Shown piece by piece: positions 18,442-27,075 of a stretch of DNA of 64,000 bases; the stretch's first letter is position 1, and each line of letters starts with the position of its first letter. Origin of the DNA: Elusimicrobiota bacterium. GTDB lineage: Bacteria > Elusimicrobiota > Elusimicrobia > UBA1565. The notes beneath the pieces are model-generated. The model was not told the origin of the DNA. It did no database searches and saw only the letters and a list, made by a program, of their open reading frames with translations. A program made the position numbers and the translations under genes. The stretch covers positions 93,832 through 157,831 of the forward strand of contig JBAZVI010000003.1 of NCBI GenBank assembly GCA_041660925.1. Reading direction: 5' to 3'.

Positions 18442-19112
18442 GTCTTTCTCCTGAGCACCCATTGCGAGAAGGCGATGCCGACGAAGGCGCCGGCCAGCGG
18501 TCCCGCCCAGTAGACGTAGTGGAGCGTCCAGTATCCGGTCGCGGTCGCCGGGCCGAAGGCGCGCGCCGGGTTCATGAGGGCTCCGGTCCATCCGCCGGCC
18601 ATGAGCGCGGCCGACGCGCAGAAGGCTCCGACGGCGAGCGCGGCGCCGGCGCCGCCCTCCTCCGCCGCCCGGCGCGAGAGCACCGCGAGGAAGAAGGCCA
18701 GCACGGCCTCCACGAGCGTCGCGGCCCGGTAGCCGAGCGCGGGCGCTCCCGCCCCGAGGAACGGCGCCGTCGAGAGCAGGTCGGGCGCGGCCCGGCCCAC
18801 GACGGCGGCGAGGAAGGTCCCCGCCAGCGCCGCCGCGAGCAGCTGCGAGACGAGGCAGAGCAGGGCCCGCGTCGGCGGCAGAGACTTGGTCAGCGCGAGC
18901 GCGACGGTGCAGGCGGGGTTCAGCAGACCGGCGGAGCCGCGACCGAAGGCTGCGAAGGCCGCGGCGGCGGCCGCGCCCTGGGCGAGCGCGACGCCGACGG
19001 GGCCGAGCCGGCCGCCCGACATCGCGTCGGCGCAGACCGCCCCCGCCCCGAGGGAGACCCAGAGGAAGGTCCCGACGAACTCCGTCAGCAGCGCGCGCAG
19101 CGTGCCGGCCAT
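18438..19112 (-). CDS. aqpZ: aquaporin / MIP-family channel
   Basis: Two NPA boxes (NPAC, NPARAF) and six hydrophobic helices. Confidence 0.85.
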   Translation of the reverse strand: MAGTLRALLTEFVGTFLWVSLGAGAVCADAMSGGRLGPVGVALAQGAAAAAAFAAFGRGSAGLLNPACTVALALTKSLPPTRALLCLVSQLLAAALAGTFLAAVVGRAAPDLLSTAPFLGAGAPALGYRAATLVEAVLAFFLAVLSRRAAEEGGAGAALAVGAFCASAALMAGGWTGALMNPARAFGPATATGYWTLHYVYWAGPLAGAFVGIAFSQWVLRRKT

Positions 19113-19597
19113 CAGGCCAGCGTCTTGAGGAAGCGCTCCACCTCGGAGTAGTCGCGTTCCTTGGTGATGTCCGCGTTGACCTTCACGAACGCGACCTTGC
19201 CGTCCTTCCCGAGGATCACGGTGGCGCGCTGGCCGATGTTCGCCGGCGCGAAGTACATCCCGTAGGCCTTGAGGACCGAGCGGTGCATGTCCGAGAGGAG
19301 GCGGTGCTTGAGCTTGAGCTGCTCGGCCCAGGCCTTGTGCGACCAGACCGAGTCCACCGAGATCGCGGCGACCTCGCCGTACTTGCCGAAGCGCGAGAGG
19401 TCCTGCGAGAAGCAGACGTTCTCGTTGGTGCAGGTCGGGCTCCAGTCGAGCGGGTAGAAGAAGAGGATGACGGGCTTCTTCCCGAGATGGTCGGCGAGGC
19501 GGAAGTCCTGGTCGTTCTGGTCCTTGAGGGTGAAGTCCGGAGCGGGCGTCCCGACGGCGATGGGGGTCGTCTCCTTCGAGGCGGCGGTGACGGTCAT
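19112..19597 (-). CDS. peroxiredoxin (AhpC/TSA family thiol peroxidase)
   Basis: 161 aa. FYPLDWSPTCT peroxidatic Cys motif. C-terminal portion of a longer shadow-extended ORF. Confidence 0.85.
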   Translation of the reverse strand: MTVTAASKETTPIAVGTPAPDFTLKDQNDQDFRLADHLGKKPVILFFYPLDWSPTCTNENVCFSQDLSRFGKYGEVAAISVDSVWSHKAWAEQLKLKHRLLSDMHRSVLKAYGMYFAPANIGQRATVILGKDGKVAFVKVNADITKERDYSEVERFLKTLA

Positions 19598-20691
19598 GGT
19601 TTTCCTCCCGATGCGGCTGCCGGCGCGGCTTCGCGCGCTCGGCGGTTGTGGTTCTGCAGGCTGACCTGCGCGGCGACCTGCCGCGCGAGGGAACGGAAAG
19701 CGGCGGCGGCGGCGCTCTCCGGATGCGAGAGCACGACGGGGACTCCCCTCTCCCCGCCTTCGCACACGAGGGGGTCCAGCGGGATGCTCCCGAGGTCGGG
19801 GATGCGGAAGTCCTCGGAGAGGCCCTTCCCTCCGCCCGCGCCGAAGAGGCGGGACGCCTTCCCGCAGTGCGGGCAGGCGAAGACGCTCATGTTCTCGACG
19901 ACGCCGAGGACGGGCACCTCGAGCTTGCGGAACATCGCGACCGCCTTGCGCACGTCCGAGACCGCGATCGACTGCGGGGTCGTTACGACGAGGGCGCCGA
20001 CGATGGGGGCGGACTGGCAGAGCGAGAGCTGGACGTCGCCGGTGCCGGGAGGGAGGTCCACGAGAAGGTAGTCGAGCTCGCCCCAGAGGACCTCGGCGAG
20101 GAACTGCCGGACGGCCCCGTGGAGCATCGGGCCGCGCCAGATGACCGGGGTGTCGTCGTCCATGAGGAAGCCCATGGACATGAGCCGGACCCCGTGGTTC
20201 TCGAGGGGAAGGATGCGGTTCTCGGCGTCGACCTTCGGCCGGCGTCCCCCCAGTCCGAGCATCTGCGGCTGGTTCGGGCCGTAGACGTCGGCGTCGAGCA
20301 GGCCGACGCGGGCGCCCTCGCGGGCCAGCGCGGCCGCGAGGTTGACGCTGACGCTGGACTTCCCCACCCCGCCCTTGCCGCTGCCCACGGCCACGACGTT
20401 GCGCACGCCGGGCGGCAGGACCGACTCGAGCCGGGCGTCCTTCTGGACCTCGGCGTCCATGCGGACGCGCACCTCGCGCACGCCGGGAACGCGCAGCACC
20501 GCGGCGCGCGCCTCCTCCTCCATGCGGCCCTTGAGCGGGCAGGCGGGGGTCGTGAGAACGAGGTCGAAGGAGACGGTCCCCTCCTCGATGCGGACGGCGC
20601 GGATCATCCCGAGGGAGACGAGGTCTCGTCCGAGTTCGGGGTCCTTGCAGGTCCTCAGCGCGTCGAGGACGTCTTTCTCGGTGGGCTTCAT
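19594..20691 (-). CDS. mrp: Mrp/ApbC/NBP35-family Fe-S cluster carrier ATPase
   Basis: N-terminal DUF59-like region, Walker A GKGGVGKS, CPHCG motif. Confidence 0.9.
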   Translation of the reverse strand: MKPTEKDVLDALRTCKDPELGRDLVSLGMIRAVRIEEGTVSFDLVLTTPACPLKGRMEEEARAAVLRVPGVREVRVRMDAEVQKDARLESVLPPGVRNVVAVGSGKGGVGKSSVSVNLAAALAREGARVGLLDADVYGPNQPQMLGLGGRRPKVDAENRILPLENHGVRLMSMGFLMDDDTPVIWRGPMLHGAVRQFLAEVLWGELDYLLVDLPPGTGDVQLSLCQSAPIVGALVVTTPQSIAVSDVRKAVAMFRKLEVPVLGVVENMSVFACPHCGKASRLFGAGGGKGLSEDFRIPDLGSIPLDPLVCEGGERGVPVVLSHPESAAAAAFRSLARQVAAQVSLQNHNRRAREAAPAAASGGKP

Positions 20692-20799
20692 CGGAGCTCT
20701 CGCGCCATCCTACAAAATGGAGAGCGCAAGGGGAGCCTACCAATCCTGACTTAAATAGTCAAGTAGTCCGTCCTCGCCGCGCGCGGCGAGGCGGGCGGC

Positions 20800-21774
20800 T
20801 CAGAAGCGGTAGGTGAAAGCGAAGCGGTGGGCCTGGCCGAGCACGCCGTAGGGGGCCCAGGCGTAGTCGAAGCCCCCCCCGGCCAGGCGGGCGCCGAAGC
20901 CGAAGGAGAAGCCGGTGATGCCGTCGAGGTCCGACATCATCGTGCGGCCCGACCAGCCGGCGCGCACGAAGGCCGTGGCGTCGGTGAAGGGCCAGGAGGT
21001 CTCGCTGCCCACGTTCGCGTAAGGGCGGCCGTCGCTCGGACCGACGGCGTCCACGGCGAGCAGCCAGTTGCGCATGAGCCGCAGGGACTGGCCGAAGCGG
21101 AGCACGGTCGGCAGCTGCTCGGTCTTCTCGCGATAGCGCAGGCGCCCTCCGAAGTTGCTTCCCGAGAAGGCGGCGACGTAGGGCCACTGGTCGCCGAGCA
21201 GGGTGTGCCAGCGCAGGCCGGCGTCGGCGGCGCCCGAGCGCGCGGAGCGCGTGATCCGGGAGTCGATGAACTTGATCGCGATGCCGGCGTCGAGGTGTTC
21301 GCTCAGGGACGCTCCCCAGCCGGCCATGACCGCCAGGTCGTAGGGTTTGACCGACCCGCCGGTCGCGGTGCCCGAGTTGTCCATCTCCGGGATGTCTCCG
21401 GCGCTGAGGTAGAGCGCTCCGAGGGCGAGCGTCCCCAGCCCGCTGGGCCGGAACTCGCGCCGGCGCGGGGCGGCGGCGGGACTCAGCGGACAGGCGAAGA
21501 CGGCCAGGTCCGCGTAGAGGGACTGATAGAGGAAGGCGTGCGAGAGCAGGACCTCGCGCTTCTCGAGCGCGGCCAGTCCGGCCGGGTTCCAGTAGAGGGC
21601 CGAGGCGTCCTCCGCCGCCGCGCCGACGGCCTCTCCCATGCCCGCCGAGCGCGCGTCCGCGCCGAGCTTGAGGAACTGCCCCGTCGCCGTGCCCGCCGAG
21701 CTCGAATCGAAGGCGGCCCGCGCCTCCGGGACCGGGGCGAGCGCGAGGAGGACGGCGAGGAGGAGGACTCTCAT
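20800..21774 (-). CDS. outer-membrane beta-barrel protein of the PorV/UPF0164-like family (YWNPAGLA motif), paralog 1
   Basis: Signal peptide MRVLLLAVLLALAPVPEARA. Conserved YWNPAGLA motif. Ends ...FTYRF (aromatic C-terminus typical of OMPs). Lies directly downstream of the CTD-bearing giant protein. Confidence 0.6.
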   Translation of the reverse strand: MRVLLLAVLLALAPVPEARAAFDSSSAGTATGQFLKLGADARSAGMGEAVGAAAEDASALYWNPAGLAALEKREVLLSHAFLYQSLYADLAVFACPLSPAAAPRRREFRPSGLGTLALGALYLSAGDIPEMDNSGTATGGSVKPYDLAVMAGWGASLSEHLDAGIAIKFIDSRITRSARSGAADAGLRWHTLLGDQWPYVAAFSGSNFGGRLRYREKTEQLPTVLRFGQSLRLMRNWLLAVDAVGPSDGRPYANVGSETSWPFTDATAFVRAGWSGRTMMSDLDGITGFSFGFGARLAGGGFDYAWAPYGVLGQAHRFAFTYRF

Positions 21775-24700
21775 CGTTCGATGACGAGCTTGAGGACGGT
21801 CGACGACCCGCCTTGCGAGGACTTCACGTAGGCGAAGTAGACGCCGCTGGCGCACTCGCGGCCCGCTCGGTTGCGTCCGTCCCACACCACGGTGCCCACG
21901 TTCGCGGCGGAGAAGGGGACGTCGGCCACGAACTCGGCGGCGAGATTGAAGATCTTGATGGCTCCCTCGGTGGGGAGGTTGTCGAAGATGATGCCGCTCT
22001 TGCCGAGGAAGGAGGCCGAGTCGAAGCGGCCGGCGCTGCCCGGCTGCCAGGGGATGGGGTAGACGCGGACCTGGTCCGTGTTCGGGCGGATGCCGCTGGG
22101 GCCGAAGACCGCGAAGACGGAGAAGTGGGGGGTCTGCCCGAGGACGCGTCTGTTGGCGAGGTCCACCGAGGTGGGCAGCGCGGTCCAGCGCACGACCGTC
22201 TCATCGAGCGTGTACATCCTCAGACCGGCGGCCGGGATGGGCGGGATCGTGTTGTCGATGAGGCCGTTCCCGTCGTCGTCCGTATAGGGGAGGGAGACGG
22301 TGACGGTCGACGCGAAGTTCCCGGTGAGCGGGAGCCCCCCCACGCTCGCGACCAGTTCGACGAGCGTCCCGGGGATGAGCGCCTGCCCGGTCGGCGGGGC
22401 GGAGAGGGCCGAGAGCACGGTCGCCGCGGAGGCCTGGATGGGCGCCGCGGACGGGTCGGCGGAGGCGTAGATGTCCGCGGGACCGCCGAAGGTGTCGGGC
22501 GGGATGATGAGATGCGTCGAGGCGTTGGGCCAGGGAAGGGAGAGTTCCGAGGACCTGCTCGCAGTCCATGAGGCGGCGACTTCCGACGCGGTCATGGCGC
22601 GTCCGGCGAGATTGACCTCGTCGATGAGGCCGTTGAAGGGGCTGTCGTAACCGGCGGCGAGCGGCTGGCGGGCGCCGATCGAGACGAGGTGGGCGTCGTT
22701 GTAGCGCGCCGCGGGGATTCCGACGCTGTTGACGGCGGAGAGGGTGCCGTCGACGTAGATGCGCAGCGTGCGCGCCGCCGCGTCGTAGACGCCGGCCAGG
22801 TGCGTCCACTGTCCGACCCGGATGGACTGCGTCGAGCTGACCTGATAGAGCCCGAGTCCGGCGTCGCGCAGGAAGAAGCGCCACTTCCCGGCGGTGATGA
22901 CGAGCGCGAAGGACTCCTTCGTCCCCTCTCCTTTGGCGACGAGGCCGGCGTCGGCGACCTGATTGACGTTCTCGGGGTTCACCCATGCCTGCACCGTCAG
23001 CGAGCCGGTCCCGGCCAGGTTCGCCGCGTGCGGCACGCGGCAGTAGGTGTTGGGGATCCCGCTGAAGCGGACGGCCTTCCCGAGCCCGGTCTGCCCCGTC
23101 GTGTAGGTCGGCGTCGAACAGGCGACGAAGGTGCAGGTCAGCTGCCCGTCGTTGGCCAGGCCCGAGGCGTCGACCGCCTTCGTGCCTCCGCCCTCGTCGA
23201 AGTGCCAGGTCCCTAGGGCTCCGGCGATGGGGGCGTAGGGCGTCTGGGGCGTCGACGCGGAGGAGACGATGATCGAGGCGGCGGTCTGCTGGGTGACGAC
23301 CGCCGTCGGCGCCGTCGCCACGCCGTTGCCGTTGACGGCGCGGGCGCGCAGGGCGTAGTTGGTCGCGGGGAGCAGGCCGCTGAGGGTCAGGTTGGTCGCC
23401 GACACCGAGTAGGTGGAGACGCGGCCGGAGAAGCCCGCATCGGTCGTCAGGAAGACCTCGTAGAGGGTCGCGGCGGGCGGGTTCCCGCTGCCGGACCAAC
23501 TCACGGAGATCGTGTTGGAGGTGACCGCCGTGATGCTCAGCGGGCCCGGCGCGGCGGCCAGCGTGTAGATGCGCGCCTCGGCGCCGTCCGGCCCGACGCC
23601 GGAGGCGTTGCGCACCCGCAGGGTCGCGCCGTACTCCGTGTTCTGCGAGAGGCCTCCCTGGTCGAAGAGCGTCCCGGCGGTCGTGGTGAGGGTCCCCAAT
23701 CCGGTCCCGACCAGCGTGTAGTCGAGCGCGCTCGGGGAGGCGGTCCAGCTCCAGCGGATGGAGGTGAGCCCCTGCGCCAGGCCGACGAGACCGTTCTGGA
23801 TCCCGAAGGTCGGGACCGTCGTGCTCGCGAAGGCGGTGAAGACCTCCCCGAGGGTGTTCCCGTCGGAGGCGTTTCCGTTGAAGGCGCGCACGCGCAGGTA
23901 GTACGTCGTCTGCGGGGAGAGGGAGACCACGGCCTTCGAGAGCCCGGTGTAGTTGGCCGTCGTCGGGACCGGGCTCGAACGGAGGGTGGCGAAGTTGTTG
24001 AGCGAGTCGCTGAGCTCCCAGCGCGTGTAGCCGGGGTTGCCGTTGTCCCCCCACGTGACGACGAGGCTGCCGGTCGAGACGAAGGACGCCCCGAAGGCCG
24101 CCGGCGGGTTGGCCCAGGTGTAGACGCTCGTCGGCGCGGAGAGGGAGCTCTCCCCGTACATCGTGACCGCGCTGATGCGCCGGCAGTTCAGCGAGTTCGG
24201 CCCGTAGCCGGCCTCCGGGTAGCTGAGGCCTCCGAGGCCCGAGGCGATGGGAACGCCGCTCAGGCACGAGTAGAATCGGTAGGTCCCTCCCGTGCAGAGA
24301 CCCGGAGAGGCGGACCAGTTCCAGGTGATGCCGGTCGCGGAGGTCGGCGTCCCCGAGAAGCCCCCCGGCTGCGAGGGCGGCGCCGTCTGCACGTTGATGA
24401 CGCGGTCCTGCTGGATGGTGTTCCCCGAGCGGTCCTGGAAGGTGAAGCGGATGTAGTTGTTCCCGGAGCGCAGGGGCACCGCCGCGGCGGTATAGGTGTG
24501 CTTCGCGACCGAGCCGTTGGAGCCGGCGGGCGAGTAGTCTCCGCCCGCGATATAGCGCGTCGTGAAGGGACCGTTCGAGCTCGTGGAGGAGTACTTGAAC
24601 TGCCCGGCATAGTAGTCGTTGGCGACGCCCTCGGCCCCGAGCGCGGCGGTGAGGACGCGTACCTCGTCGATATATCCGTAGAAGGTGTATCCCCCGCCCG

Positions 24701-25484
24701 TCGGGCGGTGGCCCACGTAGAGGTCCCCGTCCACCCGCAGCGGCAGCATCTCCGGGATGACGGTCTCCCCCACCTTCACGTCGTTGACGTAGACGCGCAG
24801 GATCTTGTTCATGCCCGAGTTGCCGAGGGTCATGGTGACGAGGTTCCAGGCGTTCTGCGTCATGACCGCGTAGCTCGTCGAGGAGAGGTGGTTCACGCCG
24901 TCGCTGCTGATGGCGTTGGCGTAGATGTTCCCGGCGGTGCCGACGCTGTGCCAGAGGAGGACGCCGACGTTCGTGCCGTCGTTGAACTCGAGGATGGGGC
25001 GCTGGGTGAGATCCTGCGGGTAGACCCACGCCTGGAGCGTGAGTTGGTCGGTGGCGCTGGCCAGCGTCGCGGACCGGAGGGCGCGCACGTACTCGGGATT
25101 CACGTTGGGCCAGGCGCCCGCCTGGGAGAAGTTCGCCTGCGAGGCGACGTAGGTGACGCCGGCGGTCTTCTCGGTGCTCTGCGGGGCGCTCCGGTCGTCG
25201 GCGATGCTGTTGTCGAAGTGCATCATCAGGACGGTGGGCGTCAGCGCGGAGGCGCCGGCCAGGTGCGGCTGGGCGCCCACGCGCAGGCCCCCTCCCGTGT
25301 CCTGGACGTCGATCTGGAAGCTCGGCGTCCCCGTCGAGGTGAGGCTGGACAGGGAGTAGGTCCCGTTGCAGCTCGTGAGCTGGAAGTTGGAGAGGGCCGG
25401 GAGCGCGTCGTCGGCGGCGGCGGCGGGAGCGGCGGCGGCGAGCCGCAGCAGCGCGAGCAGGAGCGCGGGCAGGAAACTCCTCAC
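21771..25484 (-). CDS. 1237-aa secreted cell-surface protein: signal peptide, 2x LamG/ConA-like lectin domains, about 4 FN3-like domains, C-terminal T9SS-type sorting domain (Por_Secre_tail-like)
   Basis: LTLQAWVYPQD and LTVQAWVNPEN LamG_3-like cores. FN3-like repeats. C-terminus VRVYPIPW...VVWDGRNRAGRECASGVYFAYVKS...KLVIER matches the T9SS CTD consensus. Confidence 0.85.
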   Translation of the reverse strand: MRSFLPALLLALLRLAAAAPAAAADDALPALSNFQLTSCNGTYSLSSLTSTGTPSFQIDVQDTGGGLRVGAQPHLAGASALTPTVLMMHFDNSIADDRSAPQSTEKTAGVTYVASQANFSQAGAWPNVNPEYVRALRSATLASATDQLTLQAWVYPQDLTQRPILEFNDGTNVGVLLWHSVGTAGNIYANAISSDGVNHLSSTSYAVMTQNAWNLVTMTLGNSGMNKILRVYVNDVKVGETVIPEMLPLRVDGDLYVGHRPTGGGYTFYGYIDEVRVLTAALGAEGVANDYYAGQFKYSSTSSNGPFTTRYIAGGDYSPAGSNGSVAKHTYTAAAVPLRSGNNYIRFTFQDRSGNTIQQDRVINVQTAPPSQPGGFSGTPTSATGITWNWSASPGLCTGGTYRFYSCLSGVPIASGLGGLSYPEAGYGPNSLNCRRISAVTMYGESSLSAPTSVYTWANPPAAFGASFVSTGSLVVTWGDNGNPGYTRWELSDSLNNFATLRSSPVPTTANYTGLSKAVVSLSPQTTYYLRVRAFNGNASDGNTLGEVFTAFASTTVPTFGIQNGLVGLAQGLTSIRWSWTASPSALDYTLVGTGLGTLTTTAGTLFDQGGLSQNTEYGATLRVRNASGVGPDGAEARIYTLAAAPGPLSITAVTSNTISVSWSGSGNPPAATLYEVFLTTDAGFSGRVSTYSVSATNLTLSGLLPATNYALRARAVNGNGVATAPTAVVTQQTAASIIVSSASTPQTPYAPIAGALGTWHFDEGGGTKAVDASGLANDGQLTCTFVACSTPTYTTGQTGLGKAVRFSGIPNTYCRVPHAANLAGTGSLTVQAWVNPENVNQVADAGLVAKGEGTKESFALVITAGKWRFFLRDAGLGLYQVSSTQSIRVGQWTHLAGVYDAAARTLRIYVDGTLSAVNSVGIPAARYNDAHLVSIGARQPLAAGYDSPFNGLIDEVNLAGRAMTASEVAASWTASRSSELSLPWPNASTHLIIPPDTFGGPADIYASADPSAAPIQASAATVLSALSAPPTGQALIPGTLVELVASVGGLPLTGNFASTVTVSLPYTDDDGNGLIDNTIPPIPAAGLRMYTLDETVVRWTALPTSVDLANRRVLGQTPHFSVFAVFGPSGIRPNTDQVRVYPIPWQPGSAGRFDSASFLGKSGIIFDNLPTEGAIKIFNLAAEFVADVPFSAANVGTVVWDGRNRAGRECASGVYFAYVKSSQGGSSTVLKLVIER

Positions 25485-25524
25485 GACCCGAGTATAGCAG
25501 GCGGGACGGGGGTGCGGGTTACGG

Positions 25525-27075
25525 CTATGTTAACTTCTTAGAGACGTCTTTGGCGGGAGGGAGGCGGCGCAGGAACGCCAGCGCGTCCTCGCGCGTGCGC
25601 ACGCGTCCCTCGGCCTGGGCTTCCTCGAGCAGGGCGAGGGCTTCGCCGACCCGAGGACTCGGCGGGATGCCCAGTGTCTTCATGACCTCCTTGCCGTCGA
25701 GGAGACGCTCGGGCCGCGCGGTCGCGGGCGCGAGGAACCAGCGGCTCATCAGCCAGGAGACGAGCTGGAGGTGGCGCAGGGTCTTGGCGGTGTCGGCGTC
25801 GAGGGCGCGCGGCGGGCGGAAGCCGTGCGGGTCCTCCGCCGCCCAGCGCAGGACGCGGCGCAGGGCCGCGGGCGGGAGGTAGCTGGCGTGGTCGGCCCAG
25901 CAGAGCAGGAGCTGCGGCACCCCGAGCGGCCCGAGGTCGCGGAAGAAGCGGTAGACCGCCTTGTCGCTGACGACGTCCGCCGCGGCCAGGTTGCCGGGGC
26001 GCAGATGGTGCTCGGCGAGCAGGGCGGCGACGCGGACCTCTTCGCGCGAGCAGCGCAGGCGGCGCAGGATCTCGGCGGCCATCCGTCCGCCGAGCAGGTC
26101 GTGTCCGAAGAAGCGGAGGCGGCCGTCGATGCGGCGGGCGGTCGCGGGCTTGGCGACGTCGTGGAGCAGCGCGGCGAGCTTGAGGAAGGCCGGGTCCCCC
26201 GCGGGTGCGCCGAGCCCTCGGAGATGTTCGCGCACGCGCGCGCCGAGCGCGCCGAAGACGGCCTCGAGGTCGGAGAGGACGAAGTCCATGCGCGCGACCA
26301 CTTCGAGGGCGTGCTTGAGGACGCCGCCGGCCCCGTAGTAGACCTTCGCGCAGGTCCGGGAGGATTCGAGCTCGGGCAGCAGCGCCGTGAGGAGGCGGAC
26401 CTCGTCCATGGCCTTGAGCCAGGGAGCGCTGTCGGGGACCGCGAGCAGGGTCAGCAGCTCCGCGCGCGCGCGTTCGGACGCCGAGCGCCGCAGGAGCCCC
26501 CGCTCACGGCGGACGGCCGAGAGAGTCGCCGGCTCGACGCGGAGGCCGCACTGCGCCGCGATGCGGAAGACGCGGAGCATGCGCAGCGGGTCGTCGCGGA
26601 AGACCTTCGTCGTCGTCCGGCGCAGGCGCCGCCGTCGGAGGTCGGCGAGGCCGCCGTGCGGGTCGAGGAGCGGGGCTCCGGCCGCGAGCGGGAGCTCGAG
26701 CGCAAGGGCGTTGAGGGTGAAGTCGCGCCGCCCGAGGTCCGAGAGGATGTCCTTCCCTTGGAGTTCGGCGACGTCGACGTGGGGGCCTCCGCCCCGCGGG
26801 ACGACGCGGTAGACGCCGTTCTCGGCGTCCAGGACCACGCAGGAGGCTTTCGTCTGCCGCGCCAGGCGCTGCGCGAGGAGGTGCGCTCCGACGGCGGCCG
26901 CGTCGAGGTCGAGGACCGGGCGTCCGAGGAGGGCGTCGCGCAGTGCCCCTCCGACGAGCCAGACGCCTCTCGCCGGGGCGGCTGCGCGGGAGCACTCCTC
27001 GAGCGCGGCGAGCAGGGGGTGCGCGCGCAGGGCCTTCGCGGCCGTCGCGGGGAGACGCGTCGCGCGGGGCTTCAC
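25525..27075 (-). CDS. cca: CCA-adding tRNA nucleotidyltransferase / poly(A) polymerase-family enzyme with HD domain
   Basis: GGALRD..LG....DLD nucleotidyltransferase head. RDFTLNALA. HD motif (LLHDVAK). Probable GTG start at 27075 overlapping the fadD-like stop. Confidence 0.8.
   Translation of the reverse strand: MKPRATRLPATAAKALRAHPLLAALEECSRAAAPARGVWLVGGALRDALLGRPVLDLDAAAVGAHLLAQRLARQTKASCVVLDAENGVYRVVPRGGGPHVDVAELQGKDILSDLGRRDFTLNALALELPLAAGAPLLDPHGGLADLRRRRLRRTTTKVFRDDPLRMLRVFRIAAQCGLRVEPATLSAVRRERGLLRRSASERARAELLTLLAVPDSAPWLKAMDEVRLLTALLPELESSRTCAKVYYGAGGVLKHALEVVARMDFVLSDLEAVFGALGARVREHLRGLGAPAGDPAFLKLAALLHDVAKPATARRIDGRLRFFGHDLLGGRMAAEILRRLRCSREEVRVAALLAEHHLRPGNLAAADVVSDKAVYRFFRDLGPLGVPQLLLCWADHASYLPPAALRRVLRWAAEDPHGFRPPRALDADTAKTLRHLQLVSWLMSRWFLAPATARPERLLDGKEVMKTLGIPPSPRVGEALALLEEAQAEGRVRTREDALAFLRRLPPAKDVSKKLT

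Noticed and set aside
16349-20743. Long composite ORFs: 16349-17626 (425 aa) and 19112-20743 (543 aa)
   Set aside because: Each is a true gene (folE, peroxiredoxin) extended upstream through an overlapping neighbour in another frame. The upstream parts are low-complexity and the neighbours (pepA, mrp) are strongly supported.
22201-25029. 942-aa minus-strand ORF inside the giant surface protein gene
   Set aside because: Alternate-frame shadow. The 21771-25484 frame has coherent LamG/FN3/CTD domains.
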